Notes: a model not told the origin generated them from the letters alone. Positions 1-9,889 are shown, numbered from the stretch's first letter. The stretch is DNA of 64,000 nt from a virus (IMGVR_UViG_3300025727_000011:5666-69665), one strand, 5' to 3'. Numbers and translations: made by a program.

Positions 1-755
1 ACGCAGATTCCGACGATGATGCGAAAGAAGCGGAGGAGGACCTTGCGGAGGAGTCCAAAAAGAAGGCATCTTCCCGTACCGAGCGTCGTTTGGCCCGGAT
101 GGAGCGTATCCTGACCAAACTCGCTGAGTCTGAGGATCCCGGTGACGACGATACCGACGATTCCGACGATGACGATGACGACGATGATGAGGAGTCCAAG
201 AAGAAGGCATCCTCCCGTACTCGCCGTACTCGCCGTACTCGCCGTGCTGAGTACATGGACGAGGTTGAGGAGATGGTGCTTGAGGAGATGATGCTTGAGG
301 AAGGCATGATGTCCAAACCTGATGAGGCTATGGACGAGGATGCCGCACTTGACGCAATGCTCATCGAAGAGGGCATGGGTCATGATGACGAAGCCGAGGC
401 GATGGATGATTTGGTGGACGAAGCCGAAGTGATCATTGATCCGATGGCGATGGCTGGCCCAGAAATGGGTGAGGACATGATGATCCTCGCCAAGCTGTTT
501 GGTGAGCGTGGTGCTGCCGATGAGAAGGAGGAAGACGCCGAGGCTGAAGCCGCCAAGACCATCCAAGAGGACAAAGAACATGCGGCTGAGGACAAGAAGG
601 AGGAATCCAAAAAGAAGGCTTCCCTCCGTCCGCAACCCAAGAAGGCCAGCCAAGGTGCCAAGACACTTGGTGGGGTCAGCAAGTCTGCTGCTTCGGAAGT
701 CAACGACCTCTCCCAGTTGTGGGAAAGTGCTCCTGATGTGAGCAAGTTCTTCTAG
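1..755 (+). CDS. Acidic capsid scaffolding-like protein, 5'-truncated by the window
   Basis: Frame is open from position 3. D/E/M-rich low-complexity protein with three EESKKKAS repeats, directly upstream of the head genes. Function inferred from position and composition. Confidence 0.6.
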   Translation, partial: ADSDDDAKEAEEDLAEESKKKASSRTERRLARMERILTKLAESEDPGDDDTDDSDDDDDDDDEESKKKASSRTRRTRRTRRAEYMDEVEEMVLEEMMLEEGMMSKPDEAMDEDAALDAMLIEEGMGHDDEAEAMDDLVDEAEVIIDPMAMAGPEMGEDMMILAKLFGERGAADEKEEDAEAEAAKTIQEDKEHAAEDKKEESKKKASLRPQPKKASQGAKTLGGVSKSAASEVNDLSQLWESAPDVSKFF

Positions 756-776
756 CTTTCCGCAGAACAAGAATAG

Positions 777-816
777 AAAACCCCCCGTCAGTTTGACTTT
801 GACGGGGGGTTTTTTC
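777..816 (+). terminator. Rho-independent terminator
   Basis: AAAACCCCCCGTCA-loop-TGACGGGGGGTTTTTT hairpin with U-tract after the stop at 755. Confidence 0.85.
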
Positions 817-858
817 TGTTCGCTGGGAGTCGAGTTTCGGTTTCTTTGGTTCTTGTTT

Positions 859-873
859 CGATAGTCGTTCTAT
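859..873 (+). promoter_or_regulatory. Putative late promoter (CGATA-N6-CTAT)
   Basis: Matches the recurrent CG[G/A/T]TA-N6-[C/T]TAT motif found upstream of structural genes. Confidence 0.6.
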
Positions 874-961
874 ACCCTACACATATATGTAGGCGGATGG
901 TCCGTCACATCATGAAATAAACCGCCCCTGTAAACAGGGAGCAACTAGGTAGGAGAAAATC

Positions 962-1573
962 ATGCCTTTGCTTGGACAGGCGAGTGGTGGCTGGACTGAA
1001 AGTTCCTCGGCCTTGCGTCTTTTGCACGCTGGGATTCGGAACACGGTTGGAGTCCTCACCGTCGATAGTTTTACCCAGACCAACCCTCCAACTGCTGTCA
1101 TCGCTACCAGCACCAGTGCTGGTATGAATACCGCGACTCTCGGAGTCCTTTCCGGGTCCGTGGCGTTCACTCGTGGTGATGCCGCTGGTGGGCCGAATGA
1201 AATCGGCGGTGTCGGCGCTACCGTCGCCGCTGCTGGCGTTACCGCGCTTGGAGTCTTCATTAACTCCGCTGCTGGTAACGATTTTGAGAACCAGCCCGCT
1301 GTTGCCAGCGGCAAGGGGCCGTATATGAGCGGTCAGGGCACTTATGCCAACAGTCTCTTTGAGACTGCTTGTGCGGCGGGTGCTTTTGCTGTCGGCTACA
1401 CCACTGGTGACGCCCTTTTCGCTTCAGTGAATGGGTACCTCATCACGGGTATTGATGCCAACGTCGTTGCAGCCAACGACTTCTACAACGGTGCGAATGA
1501 AGTTCTCATGGGCATTCTCAAGATGCCTGCGGACGCCGTGCAGCCCGAAATCGTCTACGATCAGCGTCTCTGA
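962..1573 (+). CDS. Head decoration / minor capsid protein (putative)
   Basis: A/G/T-rich 203-aa protein between scaffold and major capsid gene; AGGAG RBS. Confidence 0.55.
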   Translation: MPLLGQASGGWTESSSALRLLHAGIRNTVGVLTVDSFTQTNPPTAVIATSTSAGMNTATLGVLSGSVAFTRGDAAGGPNEIGGVGATVAAAGVTALGVFINSAAGNDFENQPAVASGKGPYMSGQGTYANSLFETACAAGAFAVGYTTGDALFASVNGYLITGIDANVVAANDFYNGANEVLMGILKMPADAVQPEIVYDQRL

Positions 1574-1609
1574 TCCCACTTCAACCTTCATCCTTCTAGG
1601 AGACAAACT

Positions 1610-2482
1610 ATGTCTGTAACCAACGCAGTGAAGGCGAAGCTGATCAGTGACTACATCGGTAGTGCCGCTGGTCGTGCAAAGCTCGCCGCTTCAATGACTC
1701 AACCCCTCCGAATGCGCCGGGATTATCTGGCTGTCGGACGACGCACGTTCCTTGTGGAACAGTTGCCAGATGGTGCTTTGCCCATCTATGACAAAGACCC
1801 GGACGTGACCGCGTTCGTGGTTGGTGAGGAAGGTGAGAATATCATCGCCGTCACCAAGCCGCGTCGTGTGATCTTCCCCTTGTTTGAGATTGCGTCGAAC
1901 CCCGAGATCCCCCTGACCCAGATAAAAGAGCGTCGATTTGATTTGATCTCCAGGGCGCAGGATTTGGCTCGTGCCCAGATTCAAGCCGCAGAGGACGAGC
2001 GTGTATTCGCTACTCTCGATGCGGTGGCGGTCAACGGCTTCGATAGCCTCGGCAACGTCAACGCCGACATCCCTGTGGTCGCTCCGATCTCCGGTGATGT
2101 TCTCGCTGATGCGTTCAGCCTGATCGAGCGCCATGACCTGCGGGTTGCCCGCGTGTTCATGAACGCCCGTGACTACGCTGACCTCCGCAAGTTCGGTCGT
2201 GACATCCTCGACATCGAGAGCCAGCGTGATCTGCTGAAGACCGGTCTGATGGCTACCCTCTGGGGTGCCTCGATCATCGTCAGCCGTCTGGTTCCGGTTG
2301 GAACCGTGTACGTTTGTTGCGAGCCTGAGAACTTCGGTCGGATGCCTGTCCGCACGGAACTCACGGTCCTCAGCGCTGACGACCCCAAGGCGCGTACCAT
2401 CGGCTTCTCGTGTTTCGAGAACCTGGGTATCGGGTGTTTCAACCCCCGTGGTCTGACTCGTCTGGTCATCACTCGTCCGTAG
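1610..2482 (+). CDS. Major capsid protein, HK97-like fold
   Basis: 290 aa with capsid-like motifs (DYxxVGRRTFLVEQLPDGALPIYD, FEIASNPEI, MNARDYADL); strong RBS; followed by a terminator. Confidence 0.85.
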   Translation: MSVTNAVKAKLISDYIGSAAGRAKLAASMTQPLRMRRDYLAVGRRTFLVEQLPDGALPIYDKDPDVTAFVVGEEGENIIAVTKPRRVIFPLFEIASNPEIPLTQIKERRFDLISRAQDLARAQIQAAEDERVFATLDAVAVNGFDSLGNVNADIPVVAPISGDVLADAFSLIERHDLRVARVFMNARDYADLRKFGRDILDIESQRDLLKTGLMATLWGASIIVSRLVPVGTVYVCCEPENFGRMPVRTELTVLSADDPKARTIGFSCFENLGIGCFNPRGLTRLVITRP

Positions 2483-2525
2483 TGCGAATACAGCAGGTAG
2501 ATCCTACATAGTAGGGTCGAACCTC

Positions 2526-2560
2526 TGAACCCCGGCATGGTAACGTGCCGGGGTTCTTTC
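2526..2560 (+). terminator. Rho-independent terminator
   Basis: GAACCCCGGCA-loop-TGCCGGGGTTC followed by TTTC. Confidence 0.75.
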
Positions 2561-2681
2561 GTTTAGGTGTGTGTATCAAGACGATGCCAACAACCCGGCG
2601 ACGTGTCTTGGGTGTGGTTGAACATTTGCAGCGGAAGTGTTTACGTTTGTGGTCATATTCTGGAGGTGGTACAATACGCCC

Positions 2682-4631
2682 ATGCCTGACCTCTCTGACC
2701 TCACGCCCGAAGTCCTCCGACGCCTCTATGCCAATGACCTTCTCCCAGAGAACGTCATTGCGGAGAGGTACGGGACGTACCAAGTCAAGATCAACCGGCT
2801 TCGGAATAAGTGGGGGATCCCGACCATCGGGAAGACAGGCCGACGCACGGCGGCGCTTCCGGCTCTAACTGGCCGACAGCGTGAACTGGTGTTGGGATCT
2901 CTTTTGGGGGATGGGTACATGAGCGCCCCGAGTCGCCACACCGCTCGTTTCAACGAGAGTCATTCGGTCAAGCAGTCTCCCTACCTTCACTGGAAAGGGG
3001 GTATCCTCGGACCCCATGTGTCCTCGTATGCTCCCACAATCAAGCGGGACGGAGACAAGGTGTTCCACGGGGAACGATTGACGGGTGTTGCCAGTACCCA
3101 CATGCGGGAGTGGTACGACCTGTTCTACCCGGCCCCTGAAAGGAAACGGGTATTCCCCTCGGACCTCTACAAGCGTCTGACTCCATTTGCTCTGGCTGTG
3201 TGGTTTATGGATGATGGGGGTGTAATGACTCATTACCATCCTCGAATTACGTTCGGCCTTGATCTGTTGAGTCTAAAGAGAGCGGTTAGGGCGCTTCGGC
3301 GGCTGGGTTTGAAGCCCAAAGTACATGAGGATAAGTGTGGTACGCACACAATTACGTTCCCTGACCAAGACCGGGAGTTCTACCGTCTGATCTCCTCGCA
3401 TGTTCCTGATTGCATGTCCTATAAACTGCCTTTAGAGGACACTTCACGTCGTAAGGCAGATAAGAATGCCAAGCAGTTGAAGCCTGACCGAGCGCGAAGG
3501 TTGTATGAGGGGGGTCTATCTTTGAATGATCTCGCCTCTCTGTACGGGGTCGGGAGGTCAACAGCCAAGCGGCGGGTGCTGGCAGGGGGTGGCACCCTCC
3601 GAAGCGCGGGCCGTAAGCCCCGCATTTACTCTCGGGAGGCTGCGGATGAGGTTCTGGCTCTATACACACCGAAGGTGTGGGCGTCACTTTCTGGTGTGGA
3701 CAAAGCTCGATGGGTGGGGGAGGTTTTTGAGGTGCTCCGAGGCACGGGGTTTCCAGCACCTAGTCTTTTGTTAGACGAGACATTTAACCGTGACGTTGAG
3801 TTGGTTCAGTTGACTCAATACCGGATTGAGAACGAGACTTTGTTTCCGTGGTCAGTGTCGGGTAATCGAGCTTGTCTTCCATATTTCCCGAACCGATACA
3901 GGGCGGTATCTCGTGGGAAACGAACGGCTTACGAGGCATGGCATGACGATAAGGTGCTTCGGTGGGCGATCCGTTTCCAGTTGGATGCGGGTGACCCTGT
4001 GTTCCCGCACAGGGTACTGCGGGCTGTTACCATGCAACACCGGACCCCGAGTGTGTTTCGTCCTACCGTAGCAAGATGGGTGTATGAGACATATTGCCCG
4101 ACTGGAGGTACGGTGTGGGATCCGTGTTCGGGTTATGGGGGCAGGCTTCTTGGGGCACACGTCGCTGGGGTCCGCTACGTCGCTACCGACGTAGAACCGG
4201 AAACGGTGGCGGGGAATCAGGCTCTTGCTGACAGGCTCGCTTTCAAAAGTGCCGAGATCCATGAGTGTCCTGCGGAGCAGTTTGATCCCGGCTTTGTTGA
4301 TCTTGTGTTCACGTCCCCTCCGTATTTTGACCGGGAGCAGTATTCTGATCGGAGCAGCCAATCGTGGGTGGCACACGGTTCCGGTTTCGACGGTTGGGTT
4401 GAGGGGTTTTTGCGTCCTGTCTTCGCAACCGCATACCGCCGAGCACCGGTCATGGTGATCAACGTGGCCGACATCCGAAGTGGGGGGAGGTTGATACCTC
4501 TTGTAGATCGAACGATTCAGACAGCATTGGAGGAAGGATATACGTTCAGGGAACGTGTGTGGATGCCTCTTGCTCGACTGAACAGGCCGCCAGAGAAGGC
4601 ACGAGAACCACTTTTGGTGTTCGTCCGATAA
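2682..4631 (+). CDS. LAGLIDADG endonuclease - HTH - amino-DNA methyltransferase fusion
   Basis: N-half has GSLLGDG and ALAVWFMDDG (LAGLIDADG_2 type). C-half has motif I VWDPCSGYGG and motif IV FTSPPY. Start taken as ATG 2682. Confidence 0.8.
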   Translation: MPDLSDLTPEVLRRLYANDLLPENVIAERYGTYQVKINRLRNKWGIPTIGKTGRRTAALPALTGRQRELVLGSLLGDGYMSAPSRHTARFNESHSVKQSPYLHWKGGILGPHVSSYAPTIKRDGDKVFHGERLTGVASTHMREWYDLFYPAPERKRVFPSDLYKRLTPFALAVWFMDDGGVMTHYHPRITFGLDLLSLKRAVRALRRLGLKPKVHEDKCGTHTITFPDQDREFYRLISSHVPDCMSYKLPLEDTSRRKADKNAKQLKPDRARRLYEGGLSLNDLASLYGVGRSTAKRRVLAGGGTLRSAGRKPRIYSREAADEVLALYTPKVWASLSGVDKARWVGEVFEVLRGTGFPAPSLLLDETFNRDVELVQLTQYRIENETLFPWSVSGNRACLPYFPNRYRAVSRGKRTAYEAWHDDKVLRWAIRFQLDAGDPVFPHRVLRAVTMQHRTPSVFRPTVARWVYETYCPTGGTVWDPCSGYGGRLLGAHVAGVRYVATDVEPETVAGNQALADRLAFKSAEIHECPAEQFDPGFVDLVFTSPPYFDREQYSDRSSQSWVAHGSGFDGWVEGFLRPVFATAYRRAPVMVINVADIRSGGRLIPLVDRTIQTALEEGYTFRERVWMPLARLNRPPEKAREPLLVFVR

Positions 4632-4711
4632 ACACCATGTATTCGCGTTTGGTGGTGGGCTTCATCAGCGGTTTTCTGGGGTATTGTACAGCCGATTAGG
4701 AGGACGGCTAT

Positions 4712-5332
4712 ATGCGGATTGCGGTGTCGGGAACTATTGGAGCGGGGAAATCCACTCTCTGCCAACAACTCTCGGAAGCTATCCAGTACGAAGTTTTCTC
4801 CGAGCCTGTCACATCAAACCCGTACCTTGATGACTTCTACCTGGACCCTCACCGATGGGCTTTCGACGCTCAGGTGTTCATGATCTCACACCGATTTCGA
4901 CGCCAGATGGAGGCGGTACACGCTGCGGAGGACAGGGGGTTCTTGCTCGACCGCTGCTTCCACGAGGACCGTGTGTTCGCGGAGATCAACCATGAGATCG
5001 GTCACATCAGCGACCGGGACTGGAACACCTACCTGCACCTGTACGAGTCCTTCTGCCGGATCGTCCCGCCACCTGATGTCGTGATCTACCTTCGCACTAG
5101 CCCCGAGGTCGCTATGATGCGGGTTCGGCAACGAGGCCGTCCCTCGGAACGCTCCATCACATGGGAGTACATGAACCGTCTCCACGATGCGTATGAACGG
5201 TGGTCGGAGGATATGTCCGGTAAGGTAAAAGTTTTTACCTTACAGTGGGACGACTTCGACAGTCCTGGTTGGAGGCATGTCCTTTCTCAGTTAGACTCTG
5301 ATATTAGGACATCCAAGCAGGGACTTCGATGA
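4712..5332 (+). CDS. Deoxynucleoside kinase (dNK family)
   Basis: P-loop GTIGAGKST, EPV, LDRCFHEDRVF and lid RVRQRGRPSE motifs. Confidence 0.9.
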   Translation: MRIAVSGTIGAGKSTLCQQLSEAIQYEVFSEPVTSNPYLDDFYLDPHRWAFDAQVFMISHRFRRQMEAVHAAEDRGFLLDRCFHEDRVFAEINHEIGHISDRDWNTYLHLYESFCRIVPPPDVVIYLRTSPEVAMMRVRQRGRPSERSITWEYMNRLHDAYERWSEDMSGKVKVFTLQWDDFDSPGWRHVLSQLDSDIRTSKQGLR

Positions 5333-5690
5333 TTTTATACACCTCGTAGAACGCCACCTTTTCCACAGGTGTTTGTTGGTTGCAGATAGGACAGTAGATG
5401 GATGCGTTTATTTCCTCTCCTGTCTTGTAGGTGGGCCACACATATTCGCATTTTGGACATTTCGCAGCAATCCACGCCTCAAATAGGTTGTGTTCTATCA
5501 AGACTTCTAGTGTTCTGGTCGCTTGGTCTTTGGATATGTTGGTCTTTTTTATGAGTTGAGTCAAAGATATGAATCTCTCACCAGTCACGCGGGAGAGGTC
5601 ACTGGGGTGAATGGGTTTTCCTGCTGTGTCGTAGTCGCTCACATGGGGGCCTAGAACACGGGTTGAATGAACGACACGGTGAACCCACAA
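5304..5690 (-). CDS. Hypothetical HTH / Zn-ribbon protein
   Basis: CPKC and CPIC pairs; true start may be GTG at 5642. Confidence 0.55.
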   Translation of the reverse strand: MWVHRVVHSTRVLGPHVSDYDTAGKPIHPSDLSRVTGERFISLTQLIKKTNISKDQATRTLEVLIEHNLFEAWIAAKCPKCEYVWPTYKTGEEINASIYCPICNQQTPVEKVAFYEVYKIIEVPAWMS

Positions 5691-6004
5691 ACCCCTGATG
5701 TCAGGTCAACTTCTTGTTGGATGACCGTTGTGTCACCGCTACCTGGATCGATCCCCCGCATGGTGCCATACACTTGCTGAGCAGGGGTTAGGGTATCCGG
5801 TAAGGTCATGGTGTAGGTGTAGCGTCCAATGTCTCCTACGACACTGTTCATGTTTGTCCCTGCTACAGCGAGGCTAACTTTGACACCATCCGAGTCAAAG
5901 TAGAACACTTCCACGGTAGGATTCGGCGGCACAAAGGGCAGACCCCCGCTGTCGAGGAACAGAGCCACGAAAGTAAAAGGCAGTCCGATCACCGCTTGAG
6001 CCAT
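5651..6004 (-). CDS. Hypothetical beta-rich (Ig-like) structural protein
   Basis: 117-aa ORF in a short minus-strand operon that follows a late-promoter motif. Confidence 0.55.
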   Translation of the reverse strand: MAQAVIGLPFTFVALFLDSGGLPFVPPNPTVEVFYFDSDGVKVSLAVAGTNMNSVVGDIGRYTYTMTLPDTLTPAQQVYGTMRGIDPGSGDTTVIQQEVDLTSGVCGFTVSFIQPVF

Positions 6005-6007
6005 TGG

Positions 6008-6166
6008 TTATCCTTTGGTCTGACGAGATTCCCATTCGGGTTTGGGAACCCACCTCAACCCATCCCAAACCTGACCGTCTTTTTCTTCGCCTATTTCCGG
6101 TTCGGTTCGGGAGATGGGTACAGCACGCGGAACGGTCACCGAGACCCCTGTTTTGCTAAACGCCAT
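6008..6166 (-). CDS. Small hypothetical protein
   Basis: MAFSKTG... with GGAGG RBS, downstream of the minus-strand promoter motif. Confidence 0.55.
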   Translation of the reverse strand: MAFSKTGVSVTVPRAVPISRTEPEIGEEKDGQVWDGLRWVPKPEWESRQTKG

Positions 6167-6193
6167 GTTGTGGCCTCCTGTCTGAGGGTAGTG

Positions 6194-6208
6194 ATAGTCG
6201 AACAACCG
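6194..6208 (-). promoter_or_regulatory. Putative late promoter (CGGTT-N6-CTAT)
   Basis: Minus-strand copy of the motif, lying upstream of the only minus-strand operon. Confidence 0.55.
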
Positions 6209-6224
6209 AGTCCTCGGAGATCCT

Positions 6225-6548
6225 GTGACACTACCCTTCGTCTTACTGGCTGCTTATGGCATGTGTTTCGGGCTGGTGAATGAGAAGCTCCCCTGCCTCA
6301 ACTGGGTGTTGTATCGTGTTCCTGTGCTTCGAGATGTGGATCAAGGGACTAATCTTTTCAGTAGGTTGTTTGAATGCTCATTTTGCACGGGTTTTCACAC
6401 GGGCTGGATGACTTGGTTTTTGTTTGCGTTTGGTGCGGGTAGATTGTCCCCGAATCACCTCGGGGAGGTTGTCTTGTTTGCTTTTGCTTCTGCGGCTTTC
6501 TGCTTCGGGTTAGATACCATCCTTCAATGGTTTGAAAAAAATACATGA
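6225..6548 (+). CDS. Membrane protein with CxxC (DUF1360-like)
   Basis: Hydrophobic helices and a CSFCTGFHTGW motif. Confidence 0.55.
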   Translation: MTLPFVLLAAYGMCFGLVNEKLPCLNWVLYRVPVLRDVDQGTNLFSRLFECSFCTGFHTGWMTWFLFAFGAGRLSPNHLGEVVLFAFASAAFCFGLDTILQWFEKNT

Positions 6549-6799
6549 GCAGCCCAACTACTCGTAATATCGCTTGTCCTGTCGAGACCCAGAACACTTA
6601 CGGCGAGTACGCCAATGCTTTCCGTGTGATGGTGGACGGGGCTGAGGTCATTCTCGATTTTTGTGTTTACTCGGAGCAGAACCATCGTGCTCAGGTAGTG
6701 TCACGGGTCCGAGTGCCTCCCACTTTTTTGCAGGTGATTTTGTCTCGTCTTCAAAATGCAGTAGAGGTGTCTGACCCCTCTACTATTTTCATTGAGTGA
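6545..6799 (+). CDS. DUF3467-like small protein
   Basis: YGEYANAFRV...EVILDF...VVSRVRVPP pattern. Confidence 0.6.
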   Translation: MSSPTTRNIACPVETQNTYGEYANAFRVMVDGAEVILDFCVYSEQNHRAQVVSRVRVPPTFLQVILSRLQNAVEVSDPSTIFIE

Positions 6800-6836
6800 G
6801 TGGCTGGGTAAAATGCGAAATAACAGGAGTCCTTCT

Positions 6837-7694
6837 ATGCAGTACACCAAAGGCGAGTTCCACACCTTCCGCACCATCACCAAAATCCATCTCGGTGCGA
6901 TTTCAGAGAATTTGATGGAAGGTGAGGAAGTTGATTTCGATGGGTTTACGATGCGGCGTGGTGGGGACACTCATTCGATGCACTCTCTTCGTGGAGCCGT
7001 CAAGGTAGGATGGTTGGTGCATCTGAACGCGGCTGAAACACAGTATGTCCCGCAACCGGCAGGGGTCGTGGTTCACAGGGCAGATGGTATGAATAACGAT
7101 GAAATCGGGTTGACGATGCTTTCCGAGGAAAACGTGAATGTCGGCACGATTCAAGAGGTTCGTCCTCAAGGTGCTCCTCCGACACATCGAGCAACGAAGG
7201 CAGGGGAGCTACATACACAGGCCAATGACGCTGAGGGTGTTGTTGTTGCTCGGTTCAAGTCTGCTGCAAAGCAGGAAGCCGTGATGGTCGGTAAGGATGA
7301 TCGAAGGGTGGTCCAGACGCTCGACAACAAATCTAAAGCCGAGGTTGAAAAGATCGCTCGTCCCGTGGCTACGGGTGATGTTCAGGAGCCTCTTGGTGGG
7401 GAGTCTTTGGAGGAGTTGTTGCCCGAAGCGGCATCTACAGGCACCCCCGATCCAGGTGTGGTCAAGGACGGGGAGCGGGTGGGGACAGCCAGTAAGACCA
7501 TCATCCAGGCATCGAGCCTCGGTTTGATTCAGCAGTTCATTCCCGGTTTTGGGTGGGATCTCAACGTCCAGTGGCGTAAGCGGGCCAAAATCGCTGTGGA
7601 TCAGTACAGTCAGATCCCCGCTGTGATCAACTACATCATGTCGGTCGAGACGGATGCTGTAAAACGTGAGATTACCAAACGTCTCAATGCTTAG
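6837..7694 (+). CDS. Hypothetical protein
   Basis: Long ORF with AGGAG RBS before ATG 6837. Confidence 0.6.
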   Translation: MQYTKGEFHTFRTITKIHLGAISENLMEGEEVDFDGFTMRRGGDTHSMHSLRGAVKVGWLVHLNAAETQYVPQPAGVVVHRADGMNNDEIGLTMLSEENVNVGTIQEVRPQGAPPTHRATKAGELHTQANDAEGVVVARFKSAAKQEAVMVGKDDRRVVQTLDNKSKAEVEKIARPVATGDVQEPLGGESLEELLPEAASTGTPDPGVVKDGERVGTASKTIIQASSLGLIQQFIPGFGWDLNVQWRKRAKIAVDQYSQIPAVINYIMSVETDAVKREITKRLNA

Positions 7695-7705
7695 TTCGTG
7701 GTTGG

Positions 7706-7720
7706 CGGTAGTCTGCCTAT
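7706..7720 (+). promoter_or_regulatory. Putative late promoter (CGGTA-N6-CTAT)
   Basis: Exact consensus copy, 30 nt before ATG 7750. Confidence 0.65.
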
Positions 7721-7749
7721 GGGCCTTGAGGGTCAAGGAGAAAAAGACT

Positions 7750-8286
7750 ATGCACTACTTCATATTTGCCCTGTGTTTGACCTTTGCTTCCCCTGTAATG
7801 GCGCAGGACGCTCCCGAGGCACCTTCCACTGAGGAAGCTGCCCCCGAAGCCACTGACGCCGCTGAAGCACCCGAGAAGGCACCCGAGAAGGCACCCGAGG
7901 CCACCGAAGCACCCGAGAAGGTCGCTGAGACGCCTACCCCAGAGGACATTGACGCCGCTGTGGATGACGTTTCGATGTTGATCGATGCTGTGCAGAACAA
8001 GAACTGGGCACTTGTGTTCGGCCTCTTGCTCGCTCTGATGGTATCCGTCGCCAACAAGTTCGGCCTGAAGGCCAAGGTGGGCAGCAAAGCCCTTCCTTGG
8101 GTGACTTCTGGCCTGGCTGTGGCTGGCGCTGTTGGAGCCGCCCTTCTGGCTGGCATCCCTGTCATGGAGGCTCTGCCACAGGGTCTACTGGCAGGTGTGG
8201 CTGCAATCGGTGGTTGGGAGATGATTCTCAAGCACTTTCTTGCCGCCAAGAAGGTCGAAGCAGACCCCGAACCTAAGACCGCGTAG
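7750..8286 (+). CDS. Membrane protein with signal peptide and PEKA-repeat linker (possibly holin-like)
   Basis: N-terminal signal peptide (ASPVMA|Q), A/P/E-rich linker, about 3 C-terminal transmembrane segments. Confidence 0.55.
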   Translation: MHYFIFALCLTFASPVMAQDAPEAPSTEEAAPEATDAAEAPEKAPEKAPEATEAPEKVAETPTPEDIDAAVDDVSMLIDAVQNKNWALVFGLLLALMVSVANKFGLKAKVGSKALPWVTSGLAVAGAVGAALLAGIPVMEALPQGLLAGVAAIGGWEMILKHFLAAKKVEADPEPKTA

Positions 8287-8301
8287 TCGGAGTACATTCA
8301 A

Positions 8302-8940
8302 ATGAGCATCAAGCAAGATCAGTTCAAACGGCCCGGTGAGTCAGCCACCTTCGGAATGCACCTTCCCCACGCTACGGTCCTGACGACCCCTGCGAAGGGA
8401 GAGTTGTTTATCGAGATGGTGGACGCATCCACTGGGGAGGTGCTCCATAAGGAGCATCGTAAGAACGTCATCACGCTTGATGCTGGTATTCTCGCTGCCA
8501 TCTTGATTCGTGATCCCGCTTCGCGGACAAACGGCTTCAACATGCTTTCCGTGGGCACCGGGGCAACAGGGGCACTTCTGTCTCCTGACGCCCCGGACCC
8601 ACGGCAACGCAAGTTGAACGCTGAGATTGCACGCAAGCCGTGGTCAAGCACTACGTTCCGAGATTCCGGGGGGAATGCAGTAGCGATTCCCACGAACATC
8701 GTGGACTTTACCTGCACCTTCGACGAGGGTGAGGCTGTGGGTCCGTTGAACGAGATGGGCATCCAGAGCACCATTTCAGCCAACCCGGCCACCCTCAACC
8801 AGAACCCCAACACGTTCCCCACACGGGACTTGACGGTGGACCTGAGTGCGCTGGATGTACTTGGAAATTACATTTCGTTGAAAGTAATTTCAAAGCCGAA
8901 TACTGCACGGCTGACGGTGACCTGGCGTATAACCTTCTAA
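8302..8940 (+). CDS. Tail/baseplate (tail-collar fibre-like) protein
   Basis: KNVITLDAG...SVGTG...EIARK...FDEGEAVGPLNEMGI...VTWRITF pattern typical of phage tail-collar proteins. Confidence 0.65.
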   Translation: MSIKQDQFKRPGESATFGMHLPHATVLTTPAKGELFIEMVDASTGEVLHKEHRKNVITLDAGILAAILIRDPASRTNGFNMLSVGTGATGALLSPDAPDPRQRKLNAEIARKPWSSTTFRDSGGNAVAIPTNIVDFTCTFDEGEAVGPLNEMGIQSTISANPATLNQNPNTFPTRDLTVDLSALDVLGNYISLKVISKPNTARLTVTWRITF

Positions 8941-8967
8941 ACGAAGATTTGCATTAGGAGGTTTCTC

Positions 8968-9282
8968 TTGGTTCGTCCTGACCCTATCCGCGTGGCTCGT
9001 CGGTACGCGGGTATTTTTTCCCCCAAGTTTGATTATGAGCAGGAGCGGATCATTGATGATTGGGTTCGCTCCAATAAATCTCGTTGGTCAAAGATGGTGG
9101 ACCAAGCTCATTGGCTCAATGACGATAAATATCGTCAGCCCAGTTTCTTTTTCTGGAAGGACTTGCCGGAAGACTTGCAGGAAGCATTGGCTCCGAGTGG
9201 TCTGTTGCGGAAGTACCGAAAACCAGATCGACCCTTTATAAAGGCTGTCATCAATTACTTGACTCTCAAGGCGATGCAGTAG
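8968..9282 (+). CDS. Hypothetical protein with N-terminal RVARRY motif
   Basis: AGGAGG RBS and TTG start. Confidence 0.55.
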   Translation: MVRPDPIRVARRYAGIFSPKFDYEQERIIDDWVRSNKSRWSKMVDQAHWLNDDKYRQPSFFFWKDLPEDLQEALAPSGLLRKYRKPDRPFIKAVINYLTLKAMQ

Positions 9283-9317
9283 TTTGGGTATGATGAGATC
9301 ATCTTAGCGGGGACAGG

Positions 9318-9698
9318 ATGCCGACATACGCTTACCACTGTGACGACTGTGATCTTGGGTTCGATAGGATCCTGCCGATTTCTAGGTATCAAGAACCACA
9401 AGATTGCCCAGAGTGTGGGCAAGGGCCAGCGAAAAAGAAGGTCACCTCTACTAATTTCATCCTTCGTGGTGATGGGTGGGCGGGTAAGAACAACCGGATC
9501 AGGGGCCAGATGCGGAAGAAAAACCAACGGCTCGATGCGAAGCAGCATGAACGTAAACGAGATCAACCTAACGTGACTCTTGCGCCCAACGTCGAGGGTC
9601 AACGAGTTGAGTCATGGTCGGAAGCGTCAAAATTGGCCAGATCGAAAGGGAAAGACACCAGTGGGTATGATACGAGGGCTGCTAAGGAAAAGAAGTGA
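9318..9698 (+). CDS. FmdB-family zinc-ribbon protein
   Basis: MPTYAYHCDDC...CPECG...FILRGDGW. Confidence 0.8.
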   Translation: MPTYAYHCDDCDLGFDRILPISRYQEPQDCPECGQGPAKKKVTSTNFILRGDGWAGKNNRIRGQMRKKNQRLDAKQHERKRDQPNVTLAPNVEGQRVESWSEASKLARSKGKDTSGYDTRAAKEKK

Positions 9699-9889
9699 TT
9701 GATCATGAGCCGGATGACTACACTCTTGTAGAGGCCGCGAAAGCTGATTTCAGTGCATCCTTTGTGAAGTCTTTTGTGCTCACCTTCATGTCCGCAGTCG
9801 TGCTCCTGCGTTTGGTTGTCGGTGTGAGACAACGCCTTGCTCAAGAACGGAACGTCATTGACGCGGGCGCGGATCCGTCTTCTCGGTAG
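9695..9889 (+). CDS. Small hypothetical membrane protein
   Basis: 64 aa, one hydrophobic stretch, overlaps the upstream stop. Confidence 0.4.
   Translation: MIDHEPDDYTLVEAAKADFSASFVKSFVLTFMSAVVLLRLVVGVRQRLAQERNVIDAGADPSSR

Noticed and set aside
216-246. 9-bp tandem repeat (CGTACTCGC) as a regulatory iteron
   Set aside because: It is in frame within the scaffold-like gene and encodes RTR repeats.
1610-2482. Encapsulin shell gene in a bacterial genome
   Set aside because: It is surrounded by scaffold, tail sheath, fibre and phage replication genes, so it is best read as a phage major capsid protein.
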